Shown in pieces: positions 21,210 through 30,434 of a stretch of 64,000 nt of DNA; position 1 is the first letter of the stretch; each line of letters starts with the position of its first letter. This DNA is from a virus (taxonomy: Duplodnaviria; Heunggongvirae; Uroviricota; Caudoviricetes). A model generated the notes under the pieces. The model made no database searches, was not told the origin of the DNA, and saw only the letters and a list, made by a program, of their open reading frames with translations. The translations under genes were made by a program, and so were the position numbers. The stretch lies in IMG/VR virus record IMGVR_UViG_3300010213_000001, positions 32,001-96,000 of that record; one strand, given 5' to 3'.

Positions 21210-21824
21210 ATGAAGAATAAAAGTAGATTAACAGCTGTAACTATAGGAGATAAGGAATATACATGTATTATTCCTCAATCTTCTAAAGAAGGATTATTAA
21301 ACTATAATAAAGGAGAATTAGGAGAATATGGAATGCTATTCTCTTTTCCTTCTAGAGACGTTACAATAACATCACATGGAATGAAATTCCCAATTAATAT
21401 AGTTATTATACAAGATTACAAGATAAAAGATATTATATATTTAACTCCTAATAATATACTTGAGACAGAAGGACAATATGCTGTAGAGTTTGATTCTATA
21501 GCAGATATTTCTTCTATTAAGAAGGGAGACACAGCCAAAATACTAAATTCAATGGGAGATACAGTAAAAGTAAGAGTACGTTTACCAAAACACGAAGCAG
21601 GAGGTCAGCCTCACTATCAAGATACATTCTTACTAGATGAGAAAGGACACGTACAAATGATATTACATGGTAAAGAGAGAATTTTTAGTAGAGAGCATAC
21701 TAACAAAATTATGAATTTAGTAAGCAAAAAGCCTACAATTGAGAATCTCATGAAGCTTGGACAATTAGTAGCTAACATAGTAAAGATACATTCTGAGCAA
21801 AAACAAGAGTATGTTGAAGAATAA
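21210..21824 (+). CDS. DUF192-like protein with C-terminal domain paralogous to the upstream gene
   Basis: GL...GMLF-x-F...M-x-FPI-x-I-x-x-I...Y-x-VE is the DUF192 pattern, followed by an HEAGG linker and a second small domain. Confidence 0.6.
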   Translation: MKNKSRLTAVTIGDKEYTCIIPQSSKEGLLNYNKGELGEYGMLFSFPSRDVTITSHGMKFPINIVIIQDYKIKDIIYLTPNNILETEGQYAVEFDSIADISSIKKGDTAKILNSMGDTVKVRVRLPKHEAGGQPHYQDTFLLDEKGHVQMILHGKERIFSREHTNKIMNLVSKKPTIENLMKLGQLVANIVKIHSEQKQEYVEE

Positions 21825-21887
21825 TTTATCTTTATAATTGTATTTTATTAAATTTATATACAATAAGAAATTTTAACAAATTAAATA

Positions 21888-22316
21888 ATGAAACTAGTAG
21901 CAACAAATCCTAATAAATTTAAAGCTAATGCTTACGCAGCATATGACTTTATAAACAACAGAAGAAGTGTTCCTTTATATCAAGCTGGAGGAGTGGCTCC
22001 AGATCCTGAAATGGCTCCTGATGCACAACCAGCTCAACCAGATGTTCAAACTTTAATGCAAGAGTTTAGTCAGACTCAAGATCCAAATATTGCAATTCAG
22101 ATATTGCAGATGTTGGCTCAACCTGAAACAGCAGCTCAAGCAGTAAGTATGCTAATGCAGGCAATGCAATCTCAAACTACAGAGGCAGCTCCAGCTGAGC
22201 CAGGTACTGAAGTACCAGCAGCTGCTAATGGAATGAGTTTAGATGATTTAAAGTTAGAGAATTCTCTATTTGATAGAATATATAAAGAAGTAACAGGAAA
22301 AACTTTAAAGAAATAA
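21888..22316 (+). CDS. Small Q/A/P-rich putative internal virion protein
   Basis: 142 aa, YQAGG motif, low-complexity helical core. Confidence 0.55.
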   Translation: MKLVATNPNKFKANAYAAYDFINNRRSVPLYQAGGVAPDPEMAPDAQPAQPDVQTLMQEFSQTQDPNIAIQILQMLAQPETAAQAVSMLMQAMQSQTTEAAPAEPGTEVPAAANGMSLDDLKLENSLFDRIYKEVTGKTLKK

Positions 22317-22322
22317 TTAATA

Positions 22323-23069
22323 ATGAGTACTCACCCTATGGATATTGGAAACTTTTCAGATTGGGCAGTTATATTCTTATTAGTTAAAGAAATATTTAAT
22401 TGGATTAAGCAAAGTAAATTTGAATTAGTTTTAAAAACTGTTTTAGATCATTTTGCCGATAGACGTAACCAAAAGAATAAATTATCTGATAAGTATATTA
22501 AAGAATTATCTGGTAAAGTATCAGAGCTAGAAGAAGCTAATTCCCACTTATATAAAGAGTTAAAAAAGTCCTCTAGTATTGATAGGGTGCTAGATGCTAT
22601 AAGAGATAAGTATAACTTTAGACGAGCTTATACTATAATATTTAGCAATGGTACAGTTGATCTAGCAGGAGCAGGAATTTTCTATTACTCTATAGTAAAT
22701 GAATGTAGTATATACCATGAGCCACCTATTAAATCTTTATATAATAAGAAATCTTTATCTGAGATATCATCTTGGATAAATCAAGTTAAAGATGTAAAAA
22801 TATGGGACAGCAATTCATATATAGATGAAGATACAACAGTAAAAATATCATCAGATATAAAGGATTATATGTTGGTACACTCTATAGATAGATTAATTGC
22901 AGCTCCTATATTTCTAAATAATATATTAATAGGGGCTTTATGCTTAGAAATAAAATCATATAGCTCATTTCCAAACACTACAATGAGGAAAAATTCTTAC
23001 GAGGAAGCTCTATCAGATATACTATTACATAAACATACTATTGAAGCTATTTATCAAAAATATAAATAA
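22323..23069 (+). CDS. Putative holin-like membrane protein with coiled coil and GAF-like C-terminal domain
   Basis: One N-terminal hydrophobic helix (WAVIFLLVKEIFNWI), a coiled coil, then a GAF-like pattern (L-x-x-I...RAY-x-x-x-F-x-NG...IAAPIF...IG-x-L-x-L). Adjacent to a putative cell-wall enzyme. Confidence 0.45.
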   Translation: MSTHPMDIGNFSDWAVIFLLVKEIFNWIKQSKFELVLKTVLDHFADRRNQKNKLSDKYIKELSGKVSELEEANSHLYKELKKSSSIDRVLDAIRDKYNFRRAYTIIFSNGTVDLAGAGIFYYSIVNECSIYHEPPIKSLYNKKSLSEISSWINQVKDVKIWDSNSYIDEDTTVKISSDIKDYMLVHSIDRLIAAPIFLNNILIGALCLEIKSYSSFPNTTMRKNSYEEALSDILLHKHTIEAIYQKYK

Positions 23070-23075
23070 TAAATT

Positions 23076-23996
23076 ATGAGTTGGTGGAGGAAATTACTAG
23101 AAAAACTTAACATCGTAAAAAAGAAAGAATCTATTAAAACAAAAGAGTCGGCAGATGTTGTTGAAGAATCTGTTAATGATACTGAAGATGATAAAGAAGA
23201 TATTACTGAAAATACAGTTGAAGAAGATAAAGACAGTGAAATTGTTCCTGAAATAGTAGATGAAAATACTACACCAGTTACAAATTTAAATATGGAGCAG
23301 CTTTTATCTTTGTGTGAGAGTGATATAGAGTATATAAAAAATAATGCCATATTAGATAAGTTATTTACTAATATTGTTGATTTTTCAATTAAAAACGAAT
23401 ATACTATATTCTCAGATAATACATACAACTATAATATAAACCTATGGTTTATAAGAAACAGTAGTGTAACAGAGGATGCTTTTAATGATGTAGTTTTTGT
23501 TTTCTATAAAGAGTCAATAACAAATATATGGAAAGGTAAATTGTTTAGATTAACTACTAATCCAGGATTATACTATCTTAATAATCCAGCACATAAAGAT
23601 GGTACAGCTATAATAGCTCCAGGACAATATATTGGAACTCATAAGATAGATATTCATAGAAGAAATACATCATCAGCACATGAAGCGTTGTGCCATAGAC
23701 GTGGTATAGTTAAAGTGTTTAGAGATAATAATATGGATTCTGTACTAGACATATCTGGAAGTATATACTTAAATGGTGCTGGATTAAACTGTCATCAACC
23801 TACTGTGTACTCAGAAAATACTGGTAAAGTAAATAGAAGCTCAGCTGGTTGTTTAGTACATAGAACTAGAAAACAGTTTGATTCTAAACAAGACTTAAAA
23901 ACAGAGAATACATTTATGGGATTACTAAGATTGTCAGTAGATAATTGGGGAGAATGGGTTAGTATAACTTTAATAGAGTCAAATAAACTAATGTAA
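23076..23996 (+). CDS. Putative peptidoglycan-active Cys peptidase (YkuD/L,D-transpeptidase-like), candidate endolysin
   Basis: Motifs FND...TTNPG...PGQY...VFRD and G-x-N-x-H-x(15)-SAGC, resembling the YkuD H-x(14-17)-[ST]-x-G-C catalytic motif. Acidic N-terminal linker. Confidence 0.55.
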   Translation: MSWWRKLLEKLNIVKKKESIKTKESADVVEESVNDTEDDKEDITENTVEEDKDSEIVPEIVDENTTPVTNLNMEQLLSLCESDIEYIKNNAILDKLFTNIVDFSIKNEYTIFSDNTYNYNINLWFIRNSSVTEDAFNDVVFVFYKESITNIWKGKLFRLTTNPGLYYLNNPAHKDGTAIIAPGQYIGTHKIDIHRRNTSSAHEALCHRRGIVKVFRDNNMDSVLDISGSIYLNGAGLNCHQPTVYSENTGKVNRSSAGCLVHRTRKQFDSKQDLKTENTFMGLLRLSVDNWGEWVSITLIESNKLM

Positions 23997-24045
23997 TTTG
24001 CTCAATATATTACTCAAATTATGATAATGATATAATACTTCATAC

Positions 24046-24080
24046 ACAGAATAACAATATTGTTATTCTGTTTTTTGTTT
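24046..24080 (+). terminator. Terminator formed by a perfect 26-bp palindrome plus T-run
   Basis: ACAGAATAACAAT|ATTGTTATTCTGT followed by TTTTTGTTT. Confidence 0.75.
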
Positions 24081-24116
24081 AAATTTATAAACTAGTAATA
24101 TAACTAGATAATTAAT

Positions 24117-25931
24117 ATGAAAAAAACTAATAAAAGAATCCCTAAACATGAAAAGGGAGCAGTAATAAAACAAAAGCTAGTTGATTGGTTGAATAAGAAT
24201 GGCTCGTCTATATCTAGAATAGAGGCTGCTGAATTAAGAAAAGGTATTGAGGATCTAAATCCCGATATGTTTTATTCTATAAATGAAGACAAAGAAGGCT
24301 ACTTAACTTTTAAACAAGATGATTCTGGAAAATGGAATGAGTCTTCTGATTTTGGAGCTGGTATTTATAAAAAAGATGGTAAGTTATCAAGGAACAGAAG
24401 TGGATTTCTTCAAACTCTGTCAGGCAACAGAAAGTATGCAGCCTATGGAGGTAGAGAAAACCCTAGAAGAATAAAAGATGCTTTAATTAAGGCTAAGGAG
24501 CTTAATATATTACGCAACATTAAGGATGAAGAAGGTCAATCAAAGAGTACTGATACTACAGGCAATTCTAATGCTGCTACTAGTATAGATGATTTAATAG
24601 GAACTACTCCAACTAATGTTCTAAATAAAAACGGTATTGATTACGTTACTGTTGATGGTCAAGAGATACCTGTTAAGATAGGACCAGATGGTAAAATACA
24701 AAGTATAATCGCAATAGAGGATGTTGCTATTGATGCTGTAGAAGGAACAGGACAAGATGCAAAATTTAAAGATGGGATAGATCCATATACTACAGGAGTA
24801 GACTTATTTGATGAGTCTAGCAATAATCAAGACGCCTCCACATCAGACACTATACCTACTGATGAAGAAGGGAATATTGTATTTACAGACGGTAGACTAT
24901 TTCAAAAGTATCTTATAGATAAAGCTAAGGCAGCTAACATGACCGTTACAGGTAGAATGTTAGGAGTAAAGACTGCAGTTGATACCCACAATGGAGTTCC
25001 TATAGATGGTAAAGTTGGAGATTTAACTATGGCATTAGCAACTAAGTTAGGAGTTGCTGATAAGTGGAAAGGTAATATGTTTAAGAATAAAAAAGTAACT
25101 GTTACACAAGATTCTCCTCAGAATGTTGATGAAGATATTAGTGATGATCCAATTAAAGATAAAGATACTAAATTAAAAGAGATAGAAGATGAAGTAAAAA
25201 GAATAATAGATCCTACTAGCGCACAATATGGATATGTTAAAAGACTACAAGAGTTATTTACTGAGTATGCTAATTTAACTGGTAAGTTTTATCCCAACGC
25301 TGACACACTTCTTAAGATGACTGAACAAGCTAGTAAGACTGAAGATTCTCCAACTTTAGAAGCCAAGATAAGAGATAATAACATGGATCGTGTAAATCAT
25401 GAAGGCAGGATACAATATGGTAATACAGATGATCTTAGATATAAGTTCAGACCAGACATATATACTGGAAGTCAAGGTACTAGCAATACATCCACATCAT
25501 CTACTTCAGTAGACCTTAATCAAGGAAAGCAGATAACTAAAGGTAGTGAATTATTTCCCTTTTTTGGTATAAAGTCAGGAGAATATTCTAAAGAAGATAA
25601 ACAAAAAGACATAGATACACTAAATAAGAAAATAGAAGGATTATCTAGATTTAAAGACAGTAATCCTAAAGCATATGAACAAAGTCTAACTAAACTTCTA
25701 AAAGAATATAAGGAACTAACTGGGCAAGACCATCCTGTAGCATCTATGAAAACTGGAGGTGTTGTAAGTAAGTATGAGAATGGAGGCAGTTTAGACCTAT
25801 CTTATTTAGATGATCTATTAAGTTTCTCAACTAGTTATGAATCTGGCAGCCTACAAGATTACTTTAATAAAAAGAGTGCAAGAAAGGAGGAGTCACAACC
25901 AGTAAATTTTACCAAGAAGGGGGCTCTCTAA
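24117..25931 (+). CDS. Internal virion (cargo) protein; N-terminal part of a probable frameshift fusion
   Basis: 604 aa, Cys-free. Motifs HEKGA, MKTGG and YENGG. A peptidoglycan-binding-like 'Q-x-x-L...IDGKVGDLT' segment. An internal repeat (LQELFTEYANLTG / LTKLLKEYKELTG). Confidence 0.65.
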   Translation: MKKTNKRIPKHEKGAVIKQKLVDWLNKNGSSISRIEAAELRKGIEDLNPDMFYSINEDKEGYLTFKQDDSGKWNESSDFGAGIYKKDGKLSRNRSGFLQTLSGNRKYAAYGGRENPRRIKDALIKAKELNILRNIKDEEGQSKSTDTTGNSNAATSIDDLIGTTPTNVLNKNGIDYVTVDGQEIPVKIGPDGKIQSIIAIEDVAIDAVEGTGQDAKFKDGIDPYTTGVDLFDESSNNQDASTSDTIPTDEEGNIVFTDGRLFQKYLIDKAKAANMTVTGRMLGVKTAVDTHNGVPIDGKVGDLTMALATKLGVADKWKGNMFKNKKVTVTQDSPQNVDEDISDDPIKDKDTKLKEIEDEVKRIIDPTSAQYGYVKRLQELFTEYANLTGKFYPNADTLLKMTEQASKTEDSPTLEAKIRDNNMDRVNHEGRIQYGNTDDLRYKFRPDIYTGSQGTSNTSTSSTSVDLNQGKQITKGSELFPFFGIKSGEYSKEDKQKDIDTLNKKIEGLSRFKDSNPKAYEQSLTKLLKEYKELTGQDHPVASMKTGGVVSKYENGGSLDLSYLDDLLSFSTSYESGSLQDYFNKKSARKEESQPVNFTKKGAL

Positions 25932-25947
25932 AGCTCCCGAATACTTC
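25885..25947 (+). promoter_or_regulatory. Putative -1 programmed ribosomal frameshift signal
   Basis: AGGAGG at 25885-25890, slippery heptamer A_AAT_TTT at 25904-25910 in the frame of ORF 24117, and hairpin GGGGGCT-CTCTAA-AGCTCCC at 25919-25938. The -1 frame is open into ORF 25958. Confidence 0.75.
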
Positions 25948-25957
25948 CATTAAATAT

Positions 25958-27520
25958 GTGAAGTATGATAAAGGTGGTAAGGTGCTAAGAGGTAGTCCAT
26001 ATTATGATACTGTATTAGACAAAATAATAAATCCAAGTGATAAAGTTTATAATCCTGAATCATATAGTGCTATTCCAGTAAGTGAAATGGAGAAGTTCAA
26101 AGCTAATAGAGACAATAGAATGCAGCCTAAGGATATTCTCAATCCAAATAATGATAAAACTAAGTTATTAGGAAATGATAATAAAGAGAGAGAACTTGAT
26201 ATCTTATCACCTAATAAAACTTCTGATTTGGAAAATGTAGGTGGTTTATCGCCTAATGATAATACTAGAGAATTGGATAGAAAGGGCTCAAGTTTTGAGA
26301 ATACCGGCAACAGACAAAATCAAGATATAGCTAACAAAGTTAATTATGGAACTGGGTTAGACCATACTACTGCTCAATATGTAACTGCCATAGGAACATC
26401 AGCTGCCAATTTTGGATATGTCCCACAAAGAAAGAATGTAAAAAGAAATGTATTTATTAGTGATATAGAAAAGAAAGCTTACAATTCTTTGCAAAATAAG
26501 ATGAATCAGCAATTTGCTGATCAAAGATCTAGGACACCTAAGACTAGTGATGCTACATTGAATACTCTATCTCAACAAGCGACAACAGAGAATGCATATC
26601 AACAAAATCTAAGCTTAGCACAGTCAGAAGCTCAAGATATTAATAGACAGAAAGATTTACAATATGGACAACGTATGCAAGCTGATGCACAAAGAGTAGC
26701 AGAATTAAATCAAAGCATTGCTATTGATAATGCAGAAGCACTAGCTAAAGATAAAGCTAAAGATATGTTTAGAACTACTGTAGCTCAGACTACTATGGAT
26801 TATGCAGATACTAAGAAACTTGAAAAGGAACAACAAAGACAATTAGCTGAGAATTTATTTATTAGTAAACAGAACCAAGAAATTGAAAAACAAATATCTG
26901 AATTATCAAACAAGAAAGCTAAATTATTAGGACCTGCTACACAAAGAGATAGAATTAACTATGCTTTGTCTATAGGTCAAATAGACGATGCTCAAGTACA
27001 AATAGCAGCTAAGAATGCCATAGATCAATTTAATACATTATATCCAGAAGATAAAGTATCCGACTTCGCATCTCTGGATTCAGCTTTAACACAAAAAATA
27101 AATGATTTAGATACTGAGATGGGGAATCTTAGAGAAGCTGCTAATAATAATGCTTTAGAGATAAGAGCTAAGGGTGCGTTAGTTCAAGGATATCAGTATG
27201 CTCCAACAAGTAACCAATACGGACATTTGAATAATTCATCAACAGGACAGCAATTCAATCCTAATAATCCAATTGGAAAACAATTGTTTAAGAAAGGTGG
27301 TAAGACTAAATCAGATTATCAATTTGAAGCTTATAAACATGAATTGAGAAAAGAAGCAGCAAGAAGTAAGGAAGAAATGAAATATGATAATGCTGCTAAA
27401 ATAGAACAGTTAAAAATTTCAATGAAAATAGCAGAGAATAATATAAGAAATTTTACTAAATCAATAGAAGCTTACAATAAAGATATACATAATATATATA
27501 ATAAGGGCAAGAATAAGTAA
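25958..27520 (+). CDS. Coiled-coil cargo/ejection protein; probably made as the C-terminal part of a ~1134-aa frameshift fusion
   Basis: 520 aa, Q/A/N-rich, helical and Cys-free. It has only a GTG start, and its frame is open upstream to 25871. Confidence 0.65.
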   Translation: MKYDKGGKVLRGSPYYDTVLDKIINPSDKVYNPESYSAIPVSEMEKFKANRDNRMQPKDILNPNNDKTKLLGNDNKERELDILSPNKTSDLENVGGLSPNDNTRELDRKGSSFENTGNRQNQDIANKVNYGTGLDHTTAQYVTAIGTSAANFGYVPQRKNVKRNVFISDIEKKAYNSLQNKMNQQFADQRSRTPKTSDATLNTLSQQATTENAYQQNLSLAQSEAQDINRQKDLQYGQRMQADAQRVAELNQSIAIDNAEALAKDKAKDMFRTTVAQTTMDYADTKKLEKEQQRQLAENLFISKQNQEIEKQISELSNKKAKLLGPATQRDRINYALSIGQIDDAQVQIAAKNAIDQFNTLYPEDKVSDFASLDSALTQKINDLDTEMGNLREAANNNALEIRAKGALVQGYQYAPTSNQYGHLNNSSTGQQFNPNNPIGKQLFKKGGKTKSDYQFEAYKHELRKEAARSKEEMKYDNAAKIEQLKISMKIAENNIRNFTKSIEAYNKDIHNIYNKGKNK

Positions 27521-27575
27521 TTTTTATTTAAATTTAAATACAATAACAACAATTAATAATTAATTATTTTAATAA

Positions 27576-27923
27576 ATGGAGACAACTAATATGGAGCCAG
27601 GAATGGACATGGAACAAAATATGCAACAGCCTATGATGCATCCTGGAGAAATAATCATAGCTGCTGCTGAAGAACTAGCAGATAAATATCTTAAATTAAA
27701 AGTTAAATATTTGGCTAAAGAGATAGAAGAAGAATATTCAGGAGAGAGTTCTGATGAAATGGAAGAGCCTATTGATCATAAGTTAATGAAATGCTTAGAT
27801 TTTACAACTAATATCATGCGTGTTATTACGGATCATGTTAATATGTTAGCAGGAGGAATGCCGCAAGAAGATGATTTTGAAGAAGAAGCTATTGAAGAGG
27901 ACGACGAAGAATTTGTAGATTAA
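27576..27923 (+). CDS. Small highly acidic, Met-rich hypothetical protein
   Basis: 115-aa ORF with an A-rich leader, followed by a terminator. Confidence 0.6.
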   Translation: METTNMEPGMDMEQNMQQPMMHPGEIIIAAAEELADKYLKLKVKYLAKEIEEEYSGESSDEMEEPIDHKLMKCLDFTTNIMRVITDHVNMLAGGMPQEDDFEEEAIEEDDEEFVD

Positions 27924-27958
27924 TACTAGGCTACACAACCTTAATAATAGATATTAGT

Positions 27959-27989
27959 AAAAGAGTAATAAATTTATTACTCTTTTTTT
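27959..27989 (+). terminator. Terminator (perfect 28-bp palindrome plus T-run; possibly bidirectional)
   Basis: AAAAGAGTAATAAA|TTTATTACTCTTTT followed by TTT. Confidence 0.7.
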
Positions 27990-28010
27990 ATTTATAACAA
28001 ATACAATAAT

Positions 28011-28403
28011 ATGGCAACCAATAAGAAAAACCTTAAACCTACTAATACTAGATCTGGCAATACTAAAGCTAAAGGCGCAAACTTCAAGAAAGAAGAAATA
28101 ATATCAGTATCAGATAAGCTACTAACAACAATACAAGAGTCCAACAAGAAGCTAGTGGATGTTATCCATTTACTACTAAAACTTAAAGAAGATCAAGATA
28201 TCTATGTAGTTAATGTTGGAGACGACAATACTAAGTGGTCATTCATAATATCAGATGTAGAAGATCCAGCTAAAGATATAAAGTTTAGAGTTGATTATGA
28301 ATTCAACCCACTTGAACTTGAAGTTAGTATTATAAACACAATACTTATAAGTCAACTAGAGCTAATAATTAAAAGTAGTGTACAACCTTCTAAAGTCCTA
28401 TAA
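28011..28403 (+). CDS. Hypothetical protein
   Basis: 130-aa ORF with a basic N-terminus, bracketed by two terminators. Confidence 0.6.
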   Translation: MATNKKNLKPTNTRSGNTKAKGANFKKEEIISVSDKLLTTIQESNKKLVDVIHLLLKLKEDQDIYVVNVGDDNTKWSFIISDVEDPAKDIKFRVDYEFNPLELEVSIINTILISQLELIIKSSVQPSKVL

Positions 28404-28422
28404 TTTATAGGACTTTTATTTT
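28392..28422 (+). terminator. Terminator overlapping the stop codon
   Basis: AAAGTCCTATAA-T-TTATAGGACTTT followed by TATTTT. Confidence 0.65.
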
Positions 28423-28547
28423 ATTATTATATAATATAGTTTTAATGTAGTATCTTTATATACTATAAGTAAATACTAATATAATAATTTACATTATAAA
28501 ACTAAATTATTATAATAATATTATAATATATTTAATTATAAGATATA

Positions 28548-30419
28548 ATGGACAATACATTTGAAGATATAAGTTTGGAACAATATGATGAAATAGACGC
28601 AACATCTATTTATCAAGAAGGTGGAACTTTTGAAGTACCATCTTTCCAGCCTGTTGTACGGCAGTTTAACCCTGTACAAATGAGGTTTAATGCTCAAGAA
28701 TCAGATTTCATAAAGAGTCCTGGTATACCTCAAATACCAGATATAGACTATGATGGGTTAGATAAACTACAAGGTAAGGGGCATACAAATGATGTAAATA
28801 ATTACATAAACTCTAAAAAGCAAGCACAATACGAGCTGCAAAGTTTAGTTACCAAGTATGGATACGAAGCCACTAAGCTGCCTATATTTGGAGAGATGAT
28901 AAATAGAATGAAAGTTGATCCCGCAGAGCTTAATGAATTAATAGTTAGAAAAGAGATGTCTAAGGAGTTTGCTGATATTAATAAAGCTAATGGAGGGGAA
29001 AACGAATGGGTAACTGATGCTAATGGTAGTATACTAGTACAAAACAGTGAAGGAAATTATGAATATGTAGATCCCTATGTATTAATGACGTCCAAAGATA
29101 AAGTTCCTATAACAAGTTCAGATGCAATACAAAGAAATGATAGAGATAATAAACTAACTAGAAATCAAGATATTATGCCTGCTGTTGCCCAAGTTTGGGG
29201 CGGGGATAAAGCTCTAGATCATCTTAATTCACAATTAGATAAGATAGGATCTACAGAGCGTCAAAGAGCTAGTGAAGCCATAGCTGGATTAGGTAATTTA
29301 AATGGTTCAAATGTATTTGGTAAAGCTGGATCAGATAGAACACTATCATCAAATGAAAAGCAAGTAATAGATTTGTATCAGTCATTAATGAGAACCATGG
29401 ATACAGCAGCTAAAAATTACTTTAGAAATAAGGCTATACAATCTATAGGTAAAGTTGATTTAGATAGAGAAACATATGAGAGAGCAGTTAATGAAGCCAC
29501 TGGCAAGCTAGTATTATCTTACGTTAGTAAAGTTCTAGACACTAAAGACATATCTAAAAATACAGTTGATATTGATGCTACTCTAACTAAAGGAATTAAA
29601 GGCGGAGCAGGTTGGGAAATGCCAGATGAAGCTGAGTGGCTAATGTCTACAGCTCAAGGATACTATATGCGAGAAGTAGATGGTAAACTAGTTGTAGATG
29701 ATGGTTGGGATAAATCTAATATTTATAATTATGATCCTGAAACTGGTCAAATGATGCAGACAGACGCTTATTTTTATACTGATTTAGGACAAGAAGAAAA
29801 AGAAAGAGTTCAGCAGCCTATTGGTACTTCATTAGAAGGAACAAGAGTACAATTTAATTCTGGAATACCAGTAACATTAAAAGGCGGTATTCAAGCTGGA
29901 GCTAATCCTCAATTGATAGGATTTATAGATAAAGATGGTAGACATCAACTTAAAGTAAAGACAGCTGGAGTTTTCAAAGCTAGTGAACTAGAAGGTCAGA
30001 CTATAATGGTTTATAATAAAGAAAAGAGAAAGTTCGAGAGTCAACCTATTGTACAAGATGGAGAGATAACTGATGCGGCAAAGCAATTATTAAAGGCTAA
30101 AGAAGTAGTAGGAGCAGGAATGTTTTTTGGAAATAGTAGAGATGAGGGTATTGAGACCCTTGTAGCAAATGGATTCAGTAAAGAAGAGGCGGAAGCAATA
30201 GTAGCTCCCACTGATAAATGGGGACCAAGTGATGAAGGTATGTATGTGATACCATTTATGGATGACTATACAACAACTCAAGCACATCAGAGAAATCATG
30301 GAAAGGTAGCAAATAGAAAACAATTGTCATTGGAGAATAGAATAAAAGTTAGTGGTGCTCAAGAAGCACAGCAAGCTGAAAATCAAATTAGAGAAATGAG
30401 TATCCGTCTAGGATTATAA
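28548..30419 (+). CDS. Internal virion / ejection protein
   Basis: 623 aa, Cys-free, with an N-terminal YQEGG motif. It directly precedes the giant ejection genes. Confidence 0.6.
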   Translation: MDNTFEDISLEQYDEIDATSIYQEGGTFEVPSFQPVVRQFNPVQMRFNAQESDFIKSPGIPQIPDIDYDGLDKLQGKGHTNDVNNYINSKKQAQYELQSLVTKYGYEATKLPIFGEMINRMKVDPAELNELIVRKEMSKEFADINKANGGENEWVTDANGSILVQNSEGNYEYVDPYVLMTSKDKVPITSSDAIQRNDRDNKLTRNQDIMPAVAQVWGGDKALDHLNSQLDKIGSTERQRASEAIAGLGNLNGSNVFGKAGSDRTLSSNEKQVIDLYQSLMRTMDTAAKNYFRNKAIQSIGKVDLDRETYERAVNEATGKLVLSYVSKVLDTKDISKNTVDIDATLTKGIKGGAGWEMPDEAEWLMSTAQGYYMREVDGKLVVDDGWDKSNIYNYDPETGQMMQTDAYFYTDLGQEEKERVQQPIGTSLEGTRVQFNSGIPVTLKGGIQAGANPQLIGFIDKDGRHQLKVKTAGVFKASELEGQTIMVYNKEKRKFESQPIVQDGEITDAAKQLLKAKEVVGAGMFFGNSRDEGIETLVANGFSKEEAEAIVAPTDKWGPSDEGMYVIPFMDDYTTTQAHQRNHGKVANRKQLSLENRIKVSGAQEAQQAENQIREMSIRLGL

Positions 30420-30434
30420 TATAAATAAAACATT

